A DNA stretch of 64,000 bases, from IMG/VR virus record IMGVR_UViG_3300044643_001926, positions 5,907 to 69,906 of that record; one strand, written 5' to 3'. Shown in pieces: positions 46,929 through 54,951 of this stretch. Each line of letters starts with the position of its first letter. The stretch's first letter is position 1. The notes beneath the pieces were generated by a model. The model saw only the letters and a list, made by a program, of their open reading frames with translations, ran no database searches and was not told the DNA's origin. Both the position numbers and the translations under genes were made by a program. The stretch is from a virus.

Positions 46929-47175
46929 AGAATTGCTTGAGAATCGCCCGCTTGCGCAGGGCTTTGACCCGCACCTCTGTCCGCTCGCGCTTCTTCCGTT
47001 CGAGGAGCCGTTGTTTGAGATGGGGTCGTGAGGATCGGTGCCACTTTTTGCAGTATCGGCATTGGTAAACGGTGAAGTCCTCCGACCGTTCTGCTGATGC
47101 TGCTTCCTTGGACTCGAACGGCCGCTTGCGTAAACAGGCTTTGGCGTAGGCGAGATTCTCCAAAACGTGCGGCAT
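46918..47175 (-). CDS. small Zn-binding phage protein
   Basis: 'C..K..F.S...A..VYQCRYCKKWH'. Confidence 0.7.
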   Translation of the reverse strand: MPHVLENLAYAKACLRKRPFESKEAASAERSEDFTVYQCRYCKKWHRSSRPHLKQRLLERKKRERTEVRVKALRKRAILKQFYEH

Positions 47176-47178
47176 AAC

Positions 47179-47364
47179 TCATTCCTCCTCCTCTTCCGCC
47201 TTGCGATCCGCTTCACGTTCTTCTTCGCAGTTACACTCGCCGTAGAAGCCTTCACAGTATTCGCAATACTGCTCCATTGGGTCGTTGCGTCTGGCCCAGT
47301 AATGGGCCTCTTCAGCGTCCATCCCTTGCGCCTCGTCGCGGTCTTGATCGGGATCACTTGGCAT
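47179..47364 (-). CDS. small acidic Cys-containing protein
   Basis: CEYC..CNC. Confidence 0.5.
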   Translation of the reverse strand: MPSDPDQDRDEAQGMDAEEAHYWARRNDPMEQYCEYCEGFYGECNCEEEREADRKAEEEEE

Positions 47365-47475
47365 CGTCTTCTTCCCTCCCGCGTTTGATGGCCCAAGCGA
47401 AGATCGCCCCGTAGGCAGAGAGCCCGCCGAGCAAAAGCCCGAAGCCCATCCCGACGAGAAAGAATCCTTCGGGGT

Positions 47476-47778
47476 TCATTTCAACCTCCAGAAGCGAAGC
47501 CGATCCACGCCTTCACTGTCGGTGACGGCTCGGGTCGCGAATTTCATCTTTCCACGCCGGCCGATGCTGTGAGCGATCGAGCGCAGTCCGTTGAAGTGTT
47601 CGTGGGTCGAGGCCGGATAGATGAACGAGTCGCCGACCTTCAGTTTACCAAGTAGGTATGACAGCGGGTGTTGATACCGCGACTGTTCGCCGGGTTTCTT
47701 GTCTGCGAGAGGAACGTCCTCGTCGATAACGACAGTGTAAGTTCTCACTTCGCGTCTCCTCCTTTGGCGGCGAGCCAT
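47476..47778 (-). CDS. small phage protein, probably DNA-binding
   Basis: 'I...VP..LKVGDSF..F.TR...R.WR' family; start uncertain. Confidence 0.65.
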   Translation of the reverse strand: MARRQRRRREVRTYTVVIDEDVPLADKKPGEQSRYQHPLSYLLGKLKVGDSFIYPASTHEHFNGLRSIAHSIGRRGKMKFATRAVTDSEGVDRLRFWRLK

Positions 47779-47830
47779 GCTCCGAATCCGAATAGACCGA
47801 CCCAGGAAACGAATAGTCCGACGATCGGGA

Positions 47831-48025
47831 TCATTTGCTTCCTCCGATAAATTCGCGTTGGCGCTCGGTCAGGAGATTCTCCTTCCACTCGCTCAACTCC
47901 CATTGAGCCAGTTCATCCGACATCGCGTTGCGCTTCTGCATTTCCATATAGGCAGAGCCGAACCCGACAACCACGGCCGCGGTGATAGCCATCGCCAGTG
48001 CGGAACAGAATCGACGAGCGGTCAT
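47831..48025 (-). CDS. small membrane-anchored protein
   Basis: Hydrophobic N-terminal segment; coupled ORF. Confidence 0.5.
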   Translation of the reverse strand: MTARRFCSALAMAITAAVVVGFGSAYMEMQKRNAMSDELAQWELSEWKENLLTERQREFIGGSK

Positions 48026-48348
48026 TTCCACTCCTGGCGGTGGCAGAGAAGACCAATGATCCCATAGTTGGCGATATCCAACCAAGTGTCAGAAACCTTC
48101 TCATGTTCCGGTGACGCGCCATTCCAGACGAGAGTCTTGAGCCGCTCGACCTTGTCGTTCATACGGACGACGATGCCGCGCTCTCCGAAGGCGCTTATGT
48201 TTGCGCTCCCGTAGTCGCGCTGCTTGGTGTCGAGGAGAACCGCAGCCTCACAGAACGAACGAAACGCTTTGCGCCCCATGTCGGTCGTGATGCCGAGAGC
48301 TTCGGCCGTTTTTTCGATGTAAGTTAGAACTTCAGTATTGGTATCCAT
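48022..48348 (-). CDS. nucleotide-modification-associated domain (DUF1599-like, all-alpha NTP-PPase fold)
   Basis: 'KQRDYG..NI...G..GIVVRMNDKVERL..DTWLDIANYGII'. Confidence 0.8.
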   Translation of the reverse strand: MDTNTEVLTYIEKTAEALGITTDMGRKAFRSFCEAAVLLDTKQRDYGSANISAFGERGIVVRMNDKVERLKTLVWNGASPEHEKVSDTWLDIANYGIIGLLCHRQEWK

Positions 48349-48420
48349 AAAAGTGGTCCCCGGCGGGAGGAAGAACCCGTGGCCCATGAGCGGCCGAAAA
48401 CCTCCCACCGGGGAAATGCA

Positions 48421-48615
48421 TTAGATGCTCTTCTGCCAGACTTCCACGCGGTCAGATGAACCGCTGAAAGCGACAGTCTTGTTTGCCCGTTTGGCGTCGG
48501 CGATCAGCCGAGTAAACATGGCTTCTTCTGTCTGGTTATAGGGGCCGGCGAGTCGGCTATAGCCGTTGTTCTCAAGCCCCTCCGGATCGCGAAAGCGGAG
48601 ATTATCGAAGCCCAT
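48421..48615 (-). CDS. hypothetical protein
   Basis: 64-aa coupled ORF. Confidence 0.55.
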   Translation of the reverse strand: MGFDNLRFRDPEGLENNGYSRLAGPYNQTEEAMFTRLIADAKRANKTVAFSGSSDRVEVWQKSI

Positions 48616-49373
48616 TAGAGCAGTCCTTTGATCTCAGCTTGCAGTTCCGCGGGAACTTCACCGGCCGTCTTCATCGACGGAATCCACCAGGTGCCTTTGT
48701 CTCCGGTCTTCAGCTTCGAGCCGAGGGAGTAGAAGCCGCCAAACAGGCCCGTCTTGTTCAAGTGACCGACTTTGAAGTCGCTGTAGAGGATCGCCGCGGT
48801 CTCTGCGTAAGCGGTCGACGATGCGGTGTAGATCACACGAGCGTAGCGTTTCTCGCCGAGGACGTAGAAGAACGTCGTGGCCGCTTCCTCGCTCAGTGTC
48901 TCGGGCTCTTGGATCAAGAACTCGATGTGACCGACCTTGGCGAACTTACCTTCGCCGCGGCCGTAAGCGACCTGACCTCCGGAGAGGCGAACTTCTTCCG
49001 CGGTCTGGAAGACGCGAGGACGAACGTCCGGATCGAAGGGGAGCGACTCCTGGTATTCGACCTTCAGTCGAACCGCGATGACTTTGAGCGGATTGCCCAA
49101 ACCCTTGTTCTTCGGATCGATGTCGTTGATCTGGTGTTCCTTGTTGATGACATAGGTGCCCGGAGTGAACAGATTCGAGAGATCGCCGACTTTGTTCACG
49201 AGGTTCAGGCGCGGCAGCTTGATGTCGTCAGCGCCGAACTCTCCGTAGATTCCTTTTGCTTGGTCTTCGCCGATGATGGCGACCTGTGCTTCGGGGCGGA
49301 CGGCGACTGCTTTGCTACCGGCTTCCTCGATGACTTGGGCCTCAACGGCCTCTTCAAACGATACTTTTCCCAT
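48615..49373 (-). CDS. putative ssDNA-binding protein
   Basis: 'DI.LPRLNLV' family; located between the nuclease and polymerase genes. Confidence 0.5.
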   Translation of the reverse strand: MGKVSFEEAVEAQVIEEAGSKAVAVRPEAQVAIIGEDQAKGIYGEFGADDIKLPRLNLVNKVGDLSNLFTPGTYVINKEHQINDIDPKNKGLGNPLKVIAVRLKVEYQESLPFDPDVRPRVFQTAEEVRLSGGQVAYGRGEGKFAKVGHIEFLIQEPETLSEEAATTFFYVLGEKRYARVIYTASSTAYAETAAILYSDFKVGHLNKTGLFGGFYSLGSKLKTGDKGTWWIPSMKTAGEVPAELQAEIKGLL

Positions 49374-49390
49374 AATTATTGATGGCGTTA

Positions 49391-51805
49391 TTACTTGGTC
49401 TTTTTTAGGTAGTGATAAGAGCCCTCGCTCTTGGCCGCATCGGCATCCACCAATGCGTCACGAAGTTGTTCTTTGGATCGGGCCATCTCGCCGCGTTTCG
49501 CGGTCCGTGCGATGGCTTTTTCTAGTGCCCCGATTGAGACCTCGGCGCAGGCTGCGAAGGCTTCGGGACTGATTTTGTCTTTGACTGTTTCCCACGCGGC
49601 TTGTGCGTTGGTGATCTTGAAAGGTGACTTGCGCTCGGCGAGTTCGAACCCCGGAATCTCGATCCCTTCCTGCATCCGCATTTCCAAGGCGCGGGCATCG
49701 ACCTTGTCGGCCCATGACCGCATGATCGGTGCCGCCTTCTTGGCGAACGCTATGACGTTCGGGTCAGAGATATTAGCCGGGTCGTATTGCGCCGGCAGGG
49801 TCAACTCGTCGGCCTTGTATTCCGAAGCGATCGTCAGTGCGAGCGACGAGAGTTTCGGGCAACTGGCTTGCTTTGCACACCAAGCGCAGTGTGCCCCAGT
49901 AAGGTAGGTCAAGGGGTCATCGCGCCGCGCTGCGGCAATGATGGCCGCAACTTGTGAGGACAAACGATCGTAGTCACTTTCCCGGTGCCACGTCTCGCGG
50001 TCGATGACCCCTTGGAAGGGGAGGAGCACATGAACAGTCAGTTGTTCAATTTGGGGATGGGCATCCCACAACCCGACGGCATAGGCCCAGAACTGCGGCG
50101 AATCCGCGGTGTATGCTCCGAAAGCAAATTTGTAGTCGACCAACTCGGCTTTGTCTCCGCCGTGCAGGATGATATGATCGATGTGCCCGAACTGATCGAG
50201 GACGTTGTAACGCTGCTCCCGAAGCTCCTGCGCGTTTACGAGGGGCTTGCGGAGAGCCGCCAGATACCGAAGGCACATCTCGGCGGCTTCGCGCAGCTTC
50301 GGATCATCCGGCGGAATCACATCGAGGTTCTCCTTTTCCACCGCAAGGTGGCCGAGCGTTCCGCGGTTGGCCGCGCTTTGGTCACGAGTCTGGTCGTTGC
50401 GGAATCCGGGGCACTTGGCTTTTTCTTTAAGCGAGGAGGGCGAATGTTCGCTGTGCTCCGTGTTATGTGCTTGCGGCGTTATTACCTGCATAGGGGGTGA
50501 GACAGGGGTGTTCACCCCATTGTTCAAATTATTTTTTCCTGCATTCAAAATTCCTACGTTTTCCCGTTTTTCCTCGGTTAGACGTAGGGCTCCCTGCTCC
50601 ACGGTGCCTGGTGCGTAGAGCCTTAGAGCGAGTGCGCGAGACTTGGCCCCGACCCGTCGTATCCTTCCAAGAGCCTGCTCCTCCACGAGGCCGGAGAATT
50701 GCGGACAAATAAGTGCAACACGTGGGAACTCTCCGACCACGTCGTGTAGGTCGATGGATTGTCCGCCCGCCGCGATCTGGACGATGACACAGCGGAGTTC
50801 GTTTTCTTGGAACCGGCGTTGGGTTTCCGCTCGGGCTTTGGCCGTTTCGCGTCCGTCGATGACACCCGCGCCTTCAAGGCGTGCCCGTGCTTGGTCGATA
50901 CTTTCATGGAAATTCAGGAAGAGAACCACCGAGCCGCCTGATTCGACGATCTCCTGGGCACGCTCCACCAGATACGCGACCTTGACCGTTTCAAGGGCTT
51001 GTCGCTGCCGGAGATTTTTAACACCGCCCGGATCCTCTGGATCAGCCATTTCGTCATAAAGCGCCTTTACGGTAGCTCGGTCTTTATCTGAGAGCCAAAG
51101 GGGCTCGTCCGAGAGCATGAGATCCGGTAACTGCTCGCGTAGCTCCTCCTCAGACACGCGGTATCCGCGGTTCGTGTATACCGAATGGTGGAGCCTTTCC
51201 ATCTTCTCCTTGTTCTCCGGCCGGCGGGGGTTCCATTCGAGGCCACCCCAGCGCCCTTCTTCGGCCCCCATCTCGCGCACCCATTTCCAGAAGTAGCCCG
51301 AAGTGAAGAGCCGGAGGTTTACCCCGATCGCTTTCATCTTGAGTGGGGACTCCGCGGCCGTGGCACTCAACATCAGGACGGCATGGTTCCCCGCAGCGGA
51401 TTCGAGCATCTTCCCGTTCTGGCTGTTATAGGCCCCGAACATGTGCGTTTCGTCGAAAATCAAAAGGCACCGCTCGGGAAGCTGCCACTCGAAGGCGACC
51501 TTCTTCCCTCCTTTGGAAGTCTTTTTAAGCCAAGGCGTGTTCCCGACCCGTAACTTTTCGGGATTAAGGACAAATAGGGGGTTCACCCCGAAGCTGGACA
51601 GGGTTTCTGTCCATTTGAAAATCACCGATTTAGGACATACAACGCACACTTTTAACGCATATCGTGCAGCAAGGGCACTCGCGATGACCGTTTTCCCGCC
51701 TCCGCACCCGGTCCCGTCCAGGCTGGCCCCGACCGAGTCGAGGATCTTCAGGTGCCGTTCGACGGCTTTCTCTTGGTATGGGAAGAGTTTGAACGCTGCG
51801 GGCAT
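49391..51805 (-). CDS. SF2 helicase fused to a Cas4-like PD-(D/E)XK nuclease (DUF2800-like)
   Basis: GGGKT, DETH, LSAT, QALGRIRR; then HSPSSL..CPG, GTLGH, GHID..VDYKF, QFWAY, HCAWC....CP. Confidence 0.85.
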   Translation of the reverse strand: MPAAFKLFPYQEKAVERHLKILDSVGASLDGTGCGGGKTVIASALAARYALKVCVVCPKSVIFKWTETLSSFGVNPLFVLNPEKLRVGNTPWLKKTSKGGKKVAFEWQLPERCLLIFDETHMFGAYNSQNGKMLESAAGNHAVLMLSATAAESPLKMKAIGVNLRLFTSGYFWKWVREMGAEEGRWGGLEWNPRRPENKEKMERLHHSVYTNRGYRVSEEELREQLPDLMLSDEPLWLSDKDRATVKALYDEMADPEDPGGVKNLRQRQALETVKVAYLVERAQEIVESGGSVVLFLNFHESIDQARARLEGAGVIDGRETAKARAETQRRFQENELRCVIVQIAAGGQSIDLHDVVGEFPRVALICPQFSGLVEEQALGRIRRVGAKSRALALRLYAPGTVEQGALRLTEEKRENVGILNAGKNNLNNGVNTPVSPPMQVITPQAHNTEHSEHSPSSLKEKAKCPGFRNDQTRDQSAANRGTLGHLAVEKENLDVIPPDDPKLREAAEMCLRYLAALRKPLVNAQELREQRYNVLDQFGHIDHIILHGGDKAELVDYKFAFGAYTADSPQFWAYAVGLWDAHPQIEQLTVHVLLPFQGVIDRETWHRESDYDRLSSQVAAIIAAARRDDPLTYLTGAHCAWCAKQASCPKLSSLALTIASEYKADELTLPAQYDPANISDPNVIAFAKKAAPIMRSWADKVDARALEMRMQEGIEIPGFELAERKSPFKITNAQAAWETVKDKISPEAFAACAEVSIGALEKAIARTAKRGEMARSKEQLRDALVDADAAKSEGSYHYLKKTK

Positions 51806-51822
51806 GTGCTGAGTCTTACCTT

Positions 51823-52077
51823 ATGATGAAAATTATTAACTCAATACTTGTAGCGGGTCTCCTTACGGGAACCGCATTAGCTGGCGACGGGAACTTTTAC
51901 GTGATCGACCTGAATACTCCGAACGGGATCACGTATGTTCAGAAACAGGGCAATCGGTATTACTACTCGTCCGATCAATCAGACGCGGTGATGGAACGAA
52001 TCCGTGTGAATAGAGAACGGCGGGCTGAACGCCGGGAGGCACAGAATCGGGAATTGCTGGGGAGTCTGCTGGACTGA
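51823..52077 (+). CDS. small exported protein (signal peptide), antisense to the replication operon
   Basis: MMKIINSILVAGLLTGTALA-G signal-peptide pattern. Confidence 0.55.
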   Translation: MMKIINSILVAGLLTGTALAGDGNFYVIDLNTPNGITYVQKQGNRYYYSSDQSDAVMERIRVNRERRAERREAQNRELLGSLLD

Positions 52078-52402
52078 CCCAGTCGGAGTCCTTCACCAGC
52101 CGAAGCCAATCAGCGGCGAGCATGGTGACCAACCACGGCTCGCCGTTTTTCTTGTGGGCGACTGTCGGCGTCCGGCCACTTTTCGCACTGTCGGCGATCG
52201 CTTGCTTCATCGCAGCGAGGACGTTCAGGTTTTGCACCCCCTTCACCTCGAAGTGGATCGTCGGTAATTCTGGGCAGACAACGTCGGCGTCCCCAGCGGC
52301 ACCGCAATACTGCTGACCGCGGAAAGCCTTCAAGAACCCCGCCTCGCGGAGTTGATCTCGCCAGAGGCGCTCGACACGTTTGCCTTTTTGCCTGGAGTTC
52401 AC
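51929..52402 (-). CDS. Holliday junction resolvase-like PD-(D/E)XK nuclease
   Basis: 'NSRQKGKR.ER..RGQQY.G....DV..HFEVK..A.KQA..W.V'. Confidence 0.85.
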   Translation of the reverse strand: MNSRQKGKRVERLWRDQLREAGFLKAFRGQQYCGAAGDADVVCPELPTIHFEVKGVQNLNVLAAMKQAIADSAKSGRTPTVAHKKNGEPWLVTMLAADWLRLVKDSDWVSPADSPAIPDSVPPGVQPAVLYSHGFVPSPRLIDRTSSNTDCPVSEHT

Positions 52403-52689
52403 GGGATGCAAGAAGTCATCCGGCCCTGCGCCCACTTCACGAGTTCATCGTCCGAGTAGACGATTTTCTTTTCACCCAAGCGGATGCAGGGGAGTCCCTG
52501 TTTGCGCCAGTAGGTGAGGCAGTTCCGGCCCATCGGTTTCCCGAAGAGTTCGCTTAACCGGGCAACCGCTTCTCCCGCGCCGTAGACTTCTTTGCGTGGA
52601 GCCGCCGGCTCGGTGATTTCCAGTCGGACCCGACCCTCGGAAATCGGGATCGCCCGAAACGAGGCGCACTCGATCGTCATGCTAGTCAT
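52399..52689 (-). CDS. excisionase-like winged-HTH protein
   Basis: 'L.YWRKQGLP.IRLG.K.I.Y....L..W'. Confidence 0.65.
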   Translation of the reverse strand: MTSMTIECASFRAIPISEGRVRLEITEPAAPRKEVYGAGEAVARLSELFGKPMGRNCLTYWRKQGLPCIRLGEKKIVYSDDELVKWAQGRMTSCIP

Positions 52690-52702
52690 TATGGTGTTAT
52701 TA

Positions 52703-52885
52703 CTACAACCCGAAGAATTTACGCAACGCAGTGCGAATGACCGCGCTCATTGAGCGCCCCGAACTCTCTGACTCCTTTTTGAGGCGGTCTTCGAGTTCGG
52801 GGTCGCTGGCGAATGAGCGGATCAACTTCGGGTTGCGAAGGTTATTGATCTTCTCCGTCAGGGAGGGTGTTTCTGAATTCGTCAC
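52703..52885 (-). CDS. ribbon-helix-helix transcriptional regulator
   Basis: 'IRSF...PEL..RL.......GRSMSAVIRTALRKFF'; start uncertain. Confidence 0.7.
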   Translation of the reverse strand: MTNSETPSLTEKINNLRNPKLIRSFASDPELEDRLKKESESSGRSMSAVIRTALRKFFGL

Positions 52886-53067
52886 GGCTGTCACGATACA
52901 GCCGCAATCCGTCTTCGACAAATAGGGAGGCAAGTTTTTCTGGCGTTAAGGAGCAGTAGTGAGCCGCTTCGTCGAGTTCGGATTTTTGGTTACTGGTGAG
53001 GTTTATTGTCATCATTTATGGGCGTTTCTATTACTTCGGGTGTTGTTATGGTTATTACGGCGTAGTG

Positions 53068-53099
53068 AAAAAGAAGCCGCGGGGTTCAATCCCCGCGGC
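53068..53099 (-). terminator. rho-independent terminator
   Basis: GCCGCGGGG/CCCCGCGGC stem followed by TTCTTTTT on the minus strand, just after the stop at 53106. Confidence 0.75.
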
Positions 53100-53105
53100 A
53101 CCGCG

Positions 53106-53447
53106 TCACCCGTTCCGGTGTTTCCGGAGCAGGGCAGCAATGGTTTTTTGCATTTGTGGATCGAGGCTGTCGGCAGCGCGTTCTTCCTTGGTGTCGGCCT
53201 TGTAGACGGCCAACTCATCGGCAACGCGGGACAGCGTTTTATCTGGGTCTTCTTTGGCCAGGTATTGAACGGTAGCTTCGCGAATCAGGGAACTCACGTT
53301 GGTCTGCTTGGCTGCGGCCAAAAGGCGCAGGGCAGCGGAGGTTCCTTTACTTTCGACATAGCTAACACGCTCGGTGCCTGGTTTCAGACGACCGTGTTTT
53401 GTGGTGCTCATGGGTTTTTGGGTTTTCCTTTCAATAGCTTTAGACAT
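53106..53447 (-). CDS. RHH-type regulator (candidate immunity repressor)
   Basis: 'RVSYV......AL..LA......VSSLIREA..QYL'; directly downstream of the integrase; start uncertain. Confidence 0.6.
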   Translation of the reverse strand: MSKAIERKTQKPMSTTKHGRLKPGTERVSYVESKGTSAALRLLAAAKQTNVSSLIREATVQYLAKEDPDKTLSRVADELAVYKADTKEERAADSLDPQMQKTIAALLRKHRNG

Positions 53448-53464
53448 CGGGCGTGTGTGGTTGT

Positions 53465-54703
53465 TCACCATTTTATTAAGTGAGACAAGCCTTTTTCTTC
53501 CGCATAAGCCCGCACTGATATCGGTGTGATATTAAACCATGCCTCTGCCGCCGAGGGGGTTACGAGGCTTTTGTAGGTCGCCTTTATGATATCCACGGAG
53601 TTTCCAGCCAGTTCCGCGGTCAGGTGCGGGGTGCGGTATTTGGCCCAGTGGTAGGAAATGAATGAGTGCCGCAGCACGTTTTGCTTCCAAGCCAGCCCGA
53701 CCGCCGCAAGGTTGGCCTTCTCTGCGGAAACTTTGACGACCGCCTTTTTGGACACCAGCAGCCCCGTCTCCGGTTTCTCGGCAATATCCATCCAAGCCCG
53801 GAGGTTATCCGGAATGTCCAAGGTGCGGCGGGCCGAAGTCTTGGCGATATCCGCATCGATGCAGGCAATGTTCTCCTCATCGACAAAATGGCCGGCGTTC
53901 ATCCGCTGGAACTCGGCGCGGCGGGAGCCCCCGAAAGCTACCGTCGCCACGTAGAGGAGTTGCCTGGGCCGCAGCACGATGAAGAGTCGGGTCAGTTCCT
54001 CCGGAGTGAAAACCGCTGGTTTTTCGGTCTTGGCCTTTGGTAGCGGGATGTCCTCAAACGGAGATTCAAACTCCCTCGGCACGTAGCGTTTGCGTTTGGC
54101 GAAGCTCTCTCGGGCCTTGAGCGCCCGCACGATATTGCGTTTGGTTGTCCGGCTGTAGTCGCTTTCGAGGAGTTTGGTTTTCACCAGTTCGCTCGTGATC
54201 TGCTGGAGTGTCATCGAGCCGAACCACTTCTTGAGCACGCCGTTTTCATACTTGGCGTTCTTCAAATGCTCATGCGACACGTCTTCGCTTTGTTCACGCA
54301 GCGTCAATTCCGCTTCGAGTTCATCGCAGATGTCGCCGATCGTCTTGCGTGGCCCTCCGATTGCGTGGGTGCGGAGGTAAAGTTCGATCGCCGAAAGCAT
54401 GTGGCTCCTACCACCAACTTTGCGCAAACACTCATTAAGGAATACAATATCCCCCGAATGAACGGATGTTCTGGTTCCCTCGGCGCGGGCGAGGTCACGC
54501 ACAATGCGCTTTGCTTCATCGATCGCTTCGTTTCGATCGGAGATATTGCGGCGAAATTTTTGCGTGCCGACGTGCCAGTGCAATACGTGTCGAAAGTATC
54601 GTCCGTTTTGTTCCGTTCGGATCTCCACCTCCGCTCCGCCAAAACGCACTTTGGCTGGGCCGTTTTTTGTCTCAATAAGCTCAGGGATTTCGTGGTTCTT
54701 CAT
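53465..54703 (-). CDS. int: tyrosine recombinase / phage integrase
   Basis: Catalytic pattern GSRRAE, AKT, VLRHSF, LAGNS, TY. Confidence 0.9.
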   Translation of the reverse strand: MKNHEIPELIETKNGPAKVRFGGAEVEIRTEQNGRYFRHVLHWHVGTQKFRRNISDRNEAIDEAKRIVRDLARAEGTRTSVHSGDIVFLNECLRKVGGRSHMLSAIELYLRTHAIGGPRKTIGDICDELEAELTLREQSEDVSHEHLKNAKYENGVLKKWFGSMTLQQITSELVKTKLLESDYSRTTKRNIVRALKARESFAKRKRYVPREFESPFEDIPLPKAKTEKPAVFTPEELTRLFIVLRPRQLLYVATVAFGGSRRAEFQRMNAGHFVDEENIACIDADIAKTSARRTLDIPDNLRAWMDIAEKPETGLLVSKKAVVKVSAEKANLAAVGLAWKQNVLRHSFISYHWAKYRTPHLTAELAGNSVDIIKATYKSLVTPSAAEAWFNITPISVRAYAEEKGLSHLIKW

Positions 54704-54834
54704 GTCTATTTTGGGACAAAAATCTGCTCCAATCGTTCAAAATCATACATAACAACATAACATTATATGATGTCCGGATTACGTAACTTTTTGTCTAACA
54801 GAGTAAATCGAGTGACTTACGACAAATGAAAAAA

Positions 54835-54855
54835 GTCGGGGCGACAGGATTCGAA
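54835..54855 (-). other. attP core matching a tRNA 3' end (tRNA-Pro-like)
   Basis: Minus strand TTCGAATCCTGTCGCCCCGAC = T-loop, T-stem and acceptor 3' strand; about 130 bp upstream of int; flanked by inverted AATCTGCTCCAA (54721-54732 / 54914-54925). Confidence 0.75.
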
Positions 54856-54951
54856 GCAGAGTGCCACTTCCGTAAAAGGCTCTTTTACAGAGGGATAGTG
54901 GCTGGGGTTTATTTTGGAGCAGATTGGGGCGGGCTTTTCAGCCCATTTTGA

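Noticed and set aside
54835-54855. tRNA gene
   Set aside because: Only the 3' ~21 nt is tRNA-like; no D-arm or anticodon arm is present, so it is called attP.
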